A stretch of 63,657 nt of DNA, the filler included, from Octopus bimaculoides (lineage: Eukaryota), in NCBI RefSeq assembly GCF_001194135.2. It is 5 parts of 5 records of this genome, joined end to end, with 100 filler letters (N's around TTAATTAATTAA, not from the genome) between each part and the next. Parts side by side here need not be neighbours in the genome. Positions count along the whole stretch, not along the records: positions 32,364 to 46,580 come from NC_068999.1; positions 46,681 to 59,166 come from NC_068993.1; 3 more parts are not named here. One strand, given 5' to 3'. Positions 40,788 through 51,843 of this stretch are shown here, in pieces; position 1 is the first letter of the stretch, and every line of letters begins with the position of its first letter. Below the pieces are notes generated by a model, which was given only the letters and a program-made list of their open reading frames with translations, was not told the DNA's origin and ran no database searches. The position numbers were made by a program, and so were the translations under genes.

Positions 40788-41146
40788 CATCAATACCAAC
40801 AGATGACAGATGTATCAATATCAACGGATGTCAATATTTCTCTGATGTATCAATACCAACAGAAGACAATGTTTCTCTAAAAGAAACGGAGAAACTTTCA
40901 AAATACCAAAATCTGGAAATAAAGGTAACTCGAATGTGGAGCCTAAAATCGGAAACAGTTCCTATCATAGTAGGCGCATTAGGTATGATAAAGAAAAAAC
41001 ATTCAAGCAAACACATAACAAAAACACCAGGACTTACAAGTACCGCACACATCCTACATAAAACACATTCAATACAGTGAAAATAAGAGCACCACAGCAC
41101 GTACCCAAGGCACACAGAGCAGCGCTCGGTGGTACAGTGAAAGCAC

Positions 41147-41147
<1 letters not shown>
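40788..41147 (+). mobile_element. R4/Dong-type LINE 3' end (REL endonuclease) inserted in (TAA)n
   Basis: DVSIPTEDNVSLKETEKLSKYQNLEIKVTRMWSLKSETVPIIVGALGMIKK..TAHILHK, then a short 3' UTR. (AAT)n on both sides. Confidence 0.9.
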
Positions 41148-41181
<34 letters not shown>

Positions 41182-41206
41182 NNNNNNNNNNATAAAACTA
41201 CTGAAC

Positions 41207-41221
<15 letters not shown>

Positions 41222-41240
<19 letters not shown>

Positions 41241-41770
41241 GTTCTGATGCAGTGCCGGGCAGTGGCTCTCATGGCTTTTGATCTTAACTGATTGGAAGTG
41301 CTATCATGTACATTGTTTTGTCTGAGTATAAAAGATGGGCTACAGCAAATATTCTGCTCAATATTCTGCTTGTCAGTTGTTTGACCTTAACCAGTTGAGC
41401 ATGTCTCTTAGTGGATAACGATATGTGCATCTCTGATCATGAACAGAAGTAGTGGGGGAGCATCATAGCCATGTGTTTGAATAATTCACCTCTTGAAACA
41501 TGGTTATTTTGTTCATCATCCTTAAAAAAAAATTTATTCAGGGACCTTTTGAGCGGGATGTGCTACTCGACTTGAAGAAAATTCTAACTGGACTCCACCT
41601 GCAAAATCATGCGCTGTTTTTTTTTCTTTTATGAGTTCACCATGTCGCTCACATGTGGTTGTGATGCATATGCCTGGTTATCCTTATCAGATGGGTAGTC
41701 ATAATGGGTATATTGGGCGTCGTATATTTGTAGCCCAATGTCACTTTGATGGCATGTGCTACTCTCTCAC

Positions 41771-41771
<1 letters not shown>
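41222..41771 (-). mobile_element. Non-autonomous retroelement in (TAA)n, possibly HERO/NeSL-derived
   Basis: About 550 bp of non-coding sequence bounded by TAA repeats, with its end repeated at 40685-40750. The minus-strand motif atgactacccatctgataagg resembles HERO-type termini as I recall them. Orientation and family are inferred. Confidence 0.5.
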
Positions 41772-41807
<36 letters not shown>

Positions 41808-41808
<1 letters not shown>

Positions 41809-41912
41809 CATCAATACCAACAGATGACAGATGTATCAATATCAACGGATGTCAATATTTCTCTGATGTATCAATACCAACAGAAGACAATGTTTCTCTA
41901 AAAGAAACGGAG
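41808..41912 (+). mobile_element. Second copy of the R4/Dong fragment start
   Basis: Identical to 40787-40891 (offset 1021 bp). Ends at a gap. Confidence 0.9.
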
Positions 41913-42245
41913 NNNNNNNNNNNNNNNNNNNNNNNNNNNNNNNNNNNNNNNNNNNNNNNNNNNNNNNNNNNNNNNNNNNNNNNNNNNNNNNNNNNNNNNN
42001 NNNNNNNNNNNNNNNNNNNNNNNNNNNNNNNNNNNNNNNNNNNNNNNNNNNNNNNNNNNNNNNNNNNNNNNNNNNNNNNNNNNNNNNNNNNNNNNNNNNN
42101 NNNNNNNNNNNNNNNNNNNNNNNNNNNNNNNNNNNNNNNNNNNNNNNNNNNNNNNNNNNNNNNNNNNNNNNNNNNNNNNNNNNNNNNNNNNNNNNNNNNN
42201 NNNNNNNNNNNNNNNNNNNNNNNNNNNNNNNNNNNNNNNNNNNNN

Positions 42246-42281
<36 letters not shown>

Positions 42282-42426
42282 AATAATAGGGTTGCATGCG
42301 TAAGTGCAGAGGTATTGTCTGTTTGAGTCACAGGAGAAGGTACTACTTGAAAACTTTGGTAATTTGTTATTGCTTGCTTTCAAGTAAAGAATAACCGGTA
42401 ATTAAGAATTATCCGAGAGTCTTTCA

Positions 42427-42487
<61 letters not shown>

Positions 42488-42700
42488 CCTTTCTACTATA
42501 GGCACAAGGCCTGAAATTTGGTGGGAGGGGCCTAATCGATGACATCGACACCAGTATTCGACTGGTACTTAATTTATCGATCCGGAAGGATGAAAGGCAA
42601 AGTCGACCTCGGCAGAATTTGAACTTAGAACGTTAAGACAGACGAAATGTCGTTAAGTATCTTGTCCAGCGTACTAATTCGATTCTGCCAGCTCACCGCC

Positions 42701-42702
<2 letters not shown>
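42488..42702 (-). mobile_element. SINE family B, full-length, inside (TAA)n
   Basis: cctttctactataggcacaaggcctg..ggatgaaaggcaaagtcgacctcgg..ctgccagctcaccgcctt, flanked by (TAA)n. Confidence 0.95.
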
Positions 42703-42760
<58 letters not shown>

Positions 42761-43021
42761 GTGGTGGTGGTGGTGGTGGTGTTTTGGTGGTGGTGGTNNN
42801 NNNNNNNNNNNNNNNNNNNNNNNNNNNNNNNNNNNNNAGTCATGACAAGAGCATCAGTTATATTAATGTAGTGGTGTTGGTGGTGGTGTTTTGGTGGTGG
42901 TGGTGGTGTTTTGGTGGTGGTGATGGTGAAATGATAATAATAATATCTAATGTAGGTACGTTCTATTCATACCAAACTTTATGTAATATGAAGCTATTTT
43001 AATTTTTACTTGAGATCTTTT

Positions 43022-43365
43022 CTCTCTATAGAGCATAGCCATGGATGAGTTTTCTCCACTGTTCTCGACTCTGGGCTATTTTCAGAACCACTTCCTCAGT
43101 ATGAGGTGGGGTCATCCTTCCCTGAGGGAAATCCTTCTTCTCACTAATCCTGTTGGTTTTGAATTGTCATCGATGTTTCTGTAATGTTGGGGTGGTTTTT
43201 TCCTAGGTAAGGTTGTTGTCCCCACGCAAACCCATTTTGACCTCTATGAATAGATGGTCTCTATTATCTGACCCCTGCCCAGCATTGGACATTCTACCAG
43301 CAGCTTGCGCTCGGTGGCATAGCTCCAGAGGTCATTGAGGTATACAAGCCATCACTCCATAACAA
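43022..43365. mobile_element. RTE-clade LINE remnant (antisense ORF C-terminus plus 5' UTR-like segment)
   Basis: Minus 43022-43110 reads EEVVLKIAQSREQWRKLIHG, an RTE C-terminal A.DR..WR motif. Plus 43195-43365 has gtaaggttgttgtccccacgc..ctgacccctgcccagcat..ggcatagctccagaggtcattgagg.atacaagcc, which is RTE 5' UTR-like. Confidence 0.65.
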
Positions 43366-43629
43366 AGACTGGATCTTGTAGTGGAATGTAAAGCCGAGTT
43401 TCTCTCTTAGATCGTTCCAATATTCTTCGATCGTGTCCTGTGCTCGCATGTTTTCTTCGGTCTCACTCTTCATTCTTGTACGTCTCCAACAAGATGTACA
43501 TTCCATCTGTATGTGTCACAGCTATCTTCATCACAGCAACCACAGAAAGCTATCAAATGTTGCTCCGCTAACCGTCTTTCTCATTAAATCTTTAGTCACA
43601 TGATCTTGCCACCTGATTTCTAATATTAT

Positions 43630-43946
43630 CTTTTATCCTTTACTTGCTTCAGTCACTGGACTGCGACCATGCTGGGGCACCACCTTGAAGTGTTTAGTTA
43701 AACAAATCAACCCCAGTATTTTCTTTTCTTAAAGTCTGGTACTTTCTCCAACGGTCTTTGTGAAACCATTAAGTTACAGGGCTGAACGATATGGTGGTGG
43801 TGGTAGTGAAATGATAATAATAATATCTAATGTAGGCACGTTCTATCCATACCAAACTTTATATAATTGTTTAAGAGGTGATGAGACAAACAAAAACAAA
43901 AAGACACGTACACACGTAAATACACACTCGCCAGACACACACAGAC

Positions 43947-43977
<31 letters not shown>

Positions 43978-44140
43978 TAGACGACGTGCTTCCACATGGT
44001 CTCTGCCTATCAAATTTACTCAAATATCATTGGTCGGGTTGAAGCTATAGTAGAAGACACTTACTTACCAATGTGGTACGCATTAGGACCGAAACCGAAA
44101 ATCACAGGGCTGCAAAGCGAGCTACTTAACGACACGGCCA
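43630..44140 (-). mobile_element. SINE family A, degenerate, interrupted by a 75-bp local insert
   Basis: Tail 43630-43785, insert 43792-43866, then middle, body and head 43868-44140. Confidence 0.8.
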
Positions 44141-44149
44141 TAAAATTTA

Positions 44150-44480
44150 TGTTCAAGAACTAAGAATTCAACATCAGAGGTAGTCCTACTGTTGTAGGAT
44201 CGATATCCATAAAACATCATTGATGTTAGCAAGGATATTTTTAAAATGTTTACCTTGGTATATGTTGAGGGACTGTTGGACTCCGCTAAAAATCTTAATG
44301 TATCCAATGCCTGTTCTGCATTCTTCATTTTTCTTTCCCCAAACCCTAAACTAAGTAAATCATAACTTGCAACCGTAGCTCCCAAGTAGTTGAAATGACC
44401 ATTGGTTTTCGTTGCTTCTCTATCCATTCAGTAATTGGATGGATTGGTATAATCTATATTCAGCATTTCTACCTTTGAAC
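44150..44480 (-). mobile_element. RTE-clade LINE RT C-terminal fragment
   Basis: HFNYLGATV..KNAEQALDTL..SPSTYTKVNILKISLLTSMMFYGYRSY matches the F.YLGS.I..KA..AF..L..S..TK..IY..LLYG.E.W pattern. Confidence 0.75.
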
Positions 44481-44612
44481 AGTTAATAACCCAACCGACA
44501 TTGCTTGCTTCTTATATCTTCAGTATAGCATGCTTGAAAGAGAAACTGTCCCCATATATACATATGTACGTGTGTGTTGTGTGTATGTGCTTGTATCAGA
44601 TACATGCATATA

Positions 44613-44653
<41 letters not shown>

Positions 44654-45558
44654 ACTCACACATACATATCAAAGAGAGGGAGTAAATGCATGCGGATAAT
44701 GTGTGTGCTTGTGTGTTCGTATGTAGATGGAGAGAGAAAGAGAAATTACAAAAGAGAAAGAAGAAAGAGAAACAGAAATAGAGAGAGAGAAAAAAAATAA
44801 AGGGACAGAGAAGGGTGAAGGTGATAAACTATTTTTTCGCGAAAATAAAAACCCACTGACTCTATGATTGGAACAATATTTTCACTCGAATTTATTTGCT
44901 GATGTGATTTGTGCTCGGTCGATAAAGCTACAACAAACGAAACACAAAACTATGTTGTCCTCTTAAAGAAAAAATAAATGCTGGCGATTTCTCGGTGACG
45001 CCATTTTTAATATGGCCTCTCCTCTATGAAACCAGTGATAAGAGATGTCATCCATTCATGTGTGTTTCCATATTCTGAAATATGGAGTGGTTTCTTGATA
45101 GTGTTGTCATTGTTGCTTTGTTATGTTTTTCCACCCCAGTCGAGCAGATCTGCAATGAAAATTGTTCCAGTCATAACCATCCTGTCTTTTATTCTCACAG
45201 TGTTTGTTTTGTATTTATTTTATTTTTTCGAAGGCTTAGTCAAAGAGGTTAAAGGGCAACATCCTTGACCTTTGACCAGGATGTGTGGTGTTGGTGGGGA
45301 GGGAGTAAAGGGAGGAAGATATCTTCAAACCGAAGGCCTTGCATCAGTGATTTGGTCCACTCCTTTGACCACTGCTTCGTCTCCCATATCTTTTAACAGG
45401 TGCTTTTGAAACACTGTCAGTGCTTAAGTTAAGGGGATATAAACAAGCCAGCAACAATTGTTAAGAGGTGATGAGATAAAGAAAAGCAAAAAGACACGCG
45501 CACACACACACATGCATACACACACACACACACACATATATACATACATATATATATA

Positions 45559-46282
45559 TATTTCTACTCTTGCCATCCATCACACATCAAAAGAAACATC
45601 TCATACAGTATGGCAAGACGCATCTGTGCTATAGTGACTGACCCCAAAATACGTGAAATCCGACTCAACTAACTCAAAGGCTTCCTCACAATGCAGAAAT
45701 ACCCCTAAGGATTAATTACTGAGGGAATTAAAAAGGCGATGAAAGTGAGCATCACCCAACTGCGGATATCTAAGGAAAAAGTTAATAAAAACACGATTCC
45801 GTTCGTTAACACACACAGTCCTGGAATAACCAACATCTTTCACGCCATAAGATCGACTTACCTATACTCTACAAAGCCCCAAAATGAAAACACTGATTGA
45901 AAAAACACCTTACAGAATAGCAGGCGCCAACCAAAAGATCTTTAAAAATACCTCACAAGGGCAGAATTCAAATCAGAAAATGAATCAGAGTTCTTAGTAA
46001 AAGAATGTGGCGACAGGAGATGTGGAACATGGAACAATATCAACAACTTCAAATACTTGGAAAGTGGTTCCCACATAAGATTCAAGAGCGGATCCCTTTT
46101 CAAAATAAATGCAGATATGAACTGCAAGACGCAAAACCTCATATACTGCATTACCTGCCCAAACTGCAAAGAAAATTACATTGGCGAAACAAATAATTCC
46201 CTCTGCCAACGTGCAAGAAACCACAGGCAACATATCCGACAAGAAGAATTTCGCAAGATTCCATTAAGCAAGCATCTGGAAA

Positions 46283-46323
<41 letters not shown>

Positions 46324-46530
46324 CTATCTGTCTATCTATCAGCCTATCTACCTACCTATATTTCTATCTATCCATCTCCATTGTCTTGGAACCTCACCCA
46401 AAAAAACAAAAACAATGTTCTTTTCTAAACAAAACCCCGAAAAAACATGTTTTATATAAATGAACAAGCTGTTTGTACGTTCACAAAATTCTATAGGACA
46501 AGTTCCAGAGAGGAACGAAAGCGCTAATAA
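45559..46530 (+). mobile_element. Penelope-like retroelement, Neptune-like, 3' fragment
   Basis: FYSCHPSHIKRNISYSMARRICAIVTDP (thumb), IPFVNTHSP, KECGDRRCGT (Zn linker), MNCKTQNLIYCITCPNCKENYIGETNNSLCQRARNHR (GIY-YIG). Starts in (TA)n and is interrupted by (TATC)n. Confidence 0.92.
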
Positions 46531-46580
46531 TAATGAAGAAATAAAAGGACTTTTTTCAAAATTCTGACGACTTTTTTCTC

Positions 46581-46680
46581 NNNNNNNNNNNNNNNNNNNN
46601 NNNNNNNNNNNNNNNNNNNNNNNNTTAATTAATTAANNNNNNNNNNNNNNNNNNNNNNNNNNNNNNNNNNNNNNNNNNNN
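46581..46680. other. Artificial scaffold spacer N44-TTAATTAATTAA-N44
   Basis: Same 100-bp construct; 12-mer at 46625-46636. Confidence 0.95.
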
Positions 46681-46765
46681 GCATGGCCGCAATCAAATGA
46701 CTGAAACAAGGAAAAGAGTAAAAAGAGAGTAATATATATATGTATATGTATGTATAGATGTGTGC

Positions 46766-46807
<42 letters not shown>

Positions 46808-46994
46808 GTGTGTGTGTGCGTAAATGTTATTGTGTACGCCGCCTGTCAGTTTGTCTGTCTACCCCACTCTTTCTTTGTTCCCGTTATTGGCTGGTGTAAA
46901 CAGATGCCAGACACCATCCGACCTATCACTGACGAAGACGGGAAAAACTCACCACCTACATCTTCATCTTCAGGAGAGGGTCATCACCATGATC

Positions 46995-47038
<44 letters not shown>

Positions 47039-47687
47039 GTGTTCAACATCTTCAACTTCGTCGTCGTCGTCATCATAGGTGACTTGTTGCTTTGTAGTAC
47101 ACTGCAGCTAGTAGTATAATCGCCATTGCTACCAAGAACAAAAGCTACACCTACTAAAGAACAATGACAACAGCCACAAGAACAAGTACAACAACTACGA
47201 CAACAACAGCTACTGTGAAGTAAATTGCGTACCCAATGCACCTCTCTCACCTCTCATATCCAAATCTATTTTATTTAACCTTTTTCCGTGAACCTCAAAT
47301 TACTAAGCATTTGTCAGCAATGTACTTTGATGCCTTTGTATGCCACAATGTTACACATTGCTAAACAGATAGTCACTTAAATGACACGGCGATAACAAAC
47401 AGCGATAAAACACAGCGATAAGAAATAGCGATAATGAAGTTCAAACTTCAATAAATCTCATTGTCTGTCATTGTATTTTATTAACAAGGCTAACAAGAGA
47501 CACATGTGTGCACTGCTGTATCTGCTAGAAACCGTTATTATGCGTGTATGTACACACACACGCATAAACACACACACTTACTCACTCACTCACTCACTCA
47601 CTCACTCACTCACTCACATACATGCACACAAACACACACAAACACGCATACACACATAAATGTATACCTATATTGTACGCATGGTTG

Positions 47688-47833
47688 TATGGTAAAATGT
47701 GTGCTTCCTAATCACATGGTTCCGGTTTCAGTCGCACTGCGTGGCAACTTGGGCAAGTATTCTCCACTCCAACACCGGACCAACCAAAGCTTTGTGAATT
47801 GATTTGGTAGACGGAAGCTGAAAGTAGTCTGTC

Positions 47834-47835
<2 letters not shown>
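47688..47835 (+). mobile_element. SINE family A 5' half
   Basis: gtatggtaaaatgtgtgcttcctaatcacatggttccggtttcagtcgcactgcgtggcaacttgggcaag..ggtagacggaagctgaaag. Confidence 0.9.
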
Positions 47836-47888
<53 letters not shown>

Positions 47889-47959
47889 GAAATGGAGTCA
47901 AACGTAGGTGTTATTCACCTGCATTTGTGTGTGTGTGCGTGTGTGTGTATGTGTTTATA

Positions 47960-48576
47960 GGAGGGAAGGTCAAAACTTATCCGCACTTTCGCCATAGCAT
48001 ACCTTTATTATTGTCACACTGCCTTCTTCTCATGCGTGCTTATAGTTGGTGTTATTGTGATCACGCGATCGAAGTCTGAGCCTGATCACGCCATTTTACT
48101 TTCTGGCTTTACTGTGTAAGCGTGGCTTCTCCACTAGCAATGTGCACCAATGAAGAACAAAGCGCAATGATCCGAGAGTTAGTAAGTGTGAACCTGTTCA
48201 CTATTACCATCTCTCGAGCTTGCTGAATCTTCTCGTCAGTGGTGGATGTTGACGGGCTTCCTGCTTTCTCTTTGTGTGTCACGCTTGTCCGGCCACTTTT
48301 AAACTTCTCGATCCACACATATACGCTTCTACGCGGTAGTGTTCTGTCCTCGTATTGTGCTAAACGTCTCTGATGAATTATTCACCTGATACACCTTCCA
48401 ACCACGGAAATCGGATCACTGCACTTTGTTCTTCTTTGGTACAGAATACTAGTGGAGCGGCTAATTTCGATCACGTGACCACAGTGGTACCAACTATTAG
48501 CACGCATGCGCTGAAGGCGGTATGACTACAAAGATATGTTATGCCGAAAGTGCGAATAAATTTTGACTTTCTCGCG
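47960..48576 (-). mobile_element. Mariner (DD34D-type) internally deleted element with both TIRs
   Basis: TA|ggagggaaggtcaaaacttatccgcactttcg ... cgaaagtgcgaataaattttgactttctcgcg|TA. The minus strand encodes WIEKFKSGRTSVTHKEKAGSPSTSTTDEKIQQAREMV, the mariner HTH linker. Confidence 0.88.
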
Positions 48577-49516
48577 TATGTGTGTGTTGTAAGTGTGTGG
48601 GCGCGCATGTTTTGCGTGCATGTCTTTTGAGTTTGTCCCGTAACACCCGCTGACGACTGGTGCTCTTCTATTTACATCCCCGATCATTCTCGAGCTTTGA
48701 ATGTTACTCGTAACATGTAACCCAATACGAATTATTACATAGTCGGGTCGTGCGCACCTTAATTGGTAACCCCCACCGAGCTTGCTTGGTGAAGAAAGTG
48801 ATGTTTAGATACCTTGAAGGACGAAAAAATAAAGGACGTGAAAGGAAGCATGAACTCAATGATTCAATGGCGATCTAGTTATATGCAAATATGCTTTCTT
48901 GAAATCCATGCTGACTTGTAGGTGGTGCCCTCCGATGGAAATGTCTCAGAGAAGGTACTCTGAAATCAAACCTACCGTTGATATGACTGCCAGCCATCTT
49001 GCAATACTTGTCATTGAATTTTTGTTACTGATACTTAGTGAATGGAATATGTGTTGTGCAGAAGTATACCACTTTAATCCAATGACGAACAGATGTCTCT
49101 TTCCATCTAGTTTACCTTGTCGCTTTATTAAATTCTGCAAGGATCGAGGAATGGTGGCACACACTCATTTCAAACCACACAGACGTGATAGAGATTATAA
49201 GGATGATGTAGAAATTGACACGGCTATCGTCTGTCGAAATGACTCGAGCACCATGCACATATATATATATTTCAAAAATTTCAATTCAGTAAAAAAATTC
49301 TTCATTTTCTCCTGTTTTCTTCTCTTGGTTTATTTATATTCACTGTTTAAGTCTTTGATTGCTTATTTTTTGCGTTATATTTTGCGCTATATCAATCACG
49401 TATTTTCGTATACTAGACATGATGTATTATTTCTTTATGGCTTCTGTTTAACTCCTACGCATACTCGTGTCATTTGTGCCACTATTATCTCTCTCTCTCT
49501 CTCTCTGTCTCTGTCT

Positions 49517-49567
<51 letters not shown>

Positions 49568-49605
49568 AGAATATAGAAAAATATATATAAAGGAGGCCAC
49601 TAGGT

Positions 49606-49759
49606 GGACTGCTAATGTGCTAGAAGAAGATCACATGTCATGCCTCTACTAAGACCGAATAATTCTCAAAGGAGATTCCCCTTTATGAATCCCCTTTGAG
49701 AATTATTCTGTCTTAGTAAACACATGACATGTGATCTTCTTCTAGCACATTAGCAGTCC
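49606..49759. repeat. Long palindrome (73-bp arms, 8-nt loop)
   Basis: Arms 49606-49678 and 49687-49759, 5 mismatches by hand alignment. Abuts a gap. Confidence 0.95.
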
Positions 49760-50741
49760 NNNNNNNNNNNNNNNNNNNNNNNNNNNNNNNNNNNNNNNNN
49801 NNNNNNNNNNNNNNNNNNNNNNNNNNNNNNNNNNNNNNNNNNNNNNNNNNNNNNNNNNNNNNNNNNNNNNNNNNNNNNNNNNNNNNNNNNNNNNNNNNNN
49901 NNNNNNNNNNNNNNNNNNNNNNNNNNNNNNNNNNNNNNNNNNNNNNNNNNNNNNNNNNNNNNNNNNNNNNNNNNNNNNNNNNNNNNNNNNNNNNNNNNNN
50001 NNNNNNNNNNNNNNNNNNNNNNNNNNNNNNNNNNNNNNNNNNNNNNNNNNNNNNNNNNNNNNNNNNNNNNNNNNNNNNNNNNNNNNNNNNNNNNNNNNNN
50101 NNNNNNNNNNNNNNNNNNNNNNNNNNNNNNNNNNNNNNNNNNNNNNNNNNNNNNNNNNNNNNNNNNNNNNNNNNNNNNNNNNNNNNNNNNNNNNNNNNNN
50201 NNNNNNNNNNNNNNNNNNNNNNNNNNNNNNNNNNNNNNNNNNNNNNNNNNNNNNNNNNNNNNNNNNNNNNNNNNNNNNNNNNNNNNNNNNNNNNNNNNNN
50301 NNNNNNNNNNNNNNNNNNNNNNNNNNNAAAAATATTTCCATAGTTTTCAAATGCAAGGGACATATTCCTTTTTTTCTGTTTTTCTCTGTCTCTCTTTTTT
50401 ACCCTTGTTGGTTCTTGAACTTTGCATCTGAAAACTATGGAAATATTAAAAAAAAAAACATTTCATTAATTTTTCCACAATTTAATTGTTTTTCATGCTT
50501 TACTCTAAGCTGAAAAAGTCGCAAAGACTGAAAGCGGTACTAAAATGTTCATCATGATAAAATTATTTTAGCATTTTCTACCTTGTCTTATTTTCCTTAT
50601 ACATATCAACTCCAACTCGTGTGTTCTTTTTCTACCTTCTACACACACATTGCGCTTGCGCGGTGGATTTGAAAAATCATAATTTATAAAGATGAGACAT
50701 GTGCTATTTGTCTCATAATTATATATTCATTTTTGGCATCC

Positions 50742-50808
50742 TTGCTGATGAGAACACGCATAACAAAGTATTTTATTTGTTCCTTTTATGTTCGAAACCC
50801 AGGTACAA
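50742..50808 (+). ncRNA. Type I minimal hammerhead ribozyme, intact core
   Basis: ttg-CTGATGA-gaac..(long stem II)..gttc-GAAA-cc(ca)gg-TA-caa. All conserved core nucleotides are present; stems I and III are short. Confidence 0.75.
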
Positions 50809-51806
50809 ATGGTAGCTATTGAAAATGTTTTTTTATATTTCATTCCCTTCGAAATTGCTCTTAATCGTGGTTTTGACTTTGACTATTCCTTCTAGCATGT
50901 AAGGTTTCCTGTTATGGTCACCTCTTTTAGGCTTAGATGTACACTAATTTTATATGAGAAATATATATATATATATGTATGTATGTATGTATGCATGCAT
51001 CCATATATGTATGTATGTATTTAAATATGTAAACACACAATCACACACACATATATATACGCATATTTTTAATGGAACAATGGGTCTCGAAGTATATAGT
51101 AGTAGCATGATAGATCTACTTACATACCTGTATACACACATACATACATACATACATACATACATACATACATGCATACATACATACATACATACATGCA
51201 TACATACATACATACATACATACATACATGCAAACATGCACGCTTACACACACGCGTACGTATATACATTGTTAGTGTCGAAAGCTTTTGGTCATAATGG
51301 AGGCGATTTGAGGCTAAACAACATCAAAGACAACAACAACAATAGCAACAGAAAGAATAACAACACCAGCAACAACGTATTGACGCAGGATTTATTCATC
51401 TTCATTGTCTTATCCAAATCAAAACCCATATATATATGTATATTCATTAATACGTTATGAGCACGAACAGTATTCACCCTTCACGAAATGATCTCCCCTA
51501 ATCACACTGTAACATTCCAGTGAGTATCATTAAACGGTATGAAAAGTGAAAACAAAATGCTTCGTCTACGGACACAACTATTTTGGTAATCGTAAAGCTT
51601 CTTTCCACGAAGAACTGTTTTATTTTATTCTTCTCTCTCTCTCTCTCTTTCTCTCTCTCCTTTATTTCGTGTGTAGTTTACGTCTTCTTGTCAAAATACA
51701 AATTCTGTTAATCCTCATAGGTTTTACATCTAACAGACACAAATTAAAGGTTTATACATATATATATGTATATATATATGTGTGAGTGTGTGTGTATATA
51801 TATGAG

Positions 51807-51843
<37 letters not shown>

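Noticed and set aside
45130-45268. MKIVPVITILSFILTVFVLYLFYFF signal-like ORF
   Set aside because: The hydrophobicity comes from a T-rich tract, there is no donor, and the downstream part looks repeat-derived.
48899-49260. Non-repetitive ORF start of about 120 aa on +, and an SMDFKKAYL RT-like motif on -
   Set aside because: No recognisable domain on +. The RT-like motif is isolated, and neighbouring RT motifs could not be aligned convincingly.
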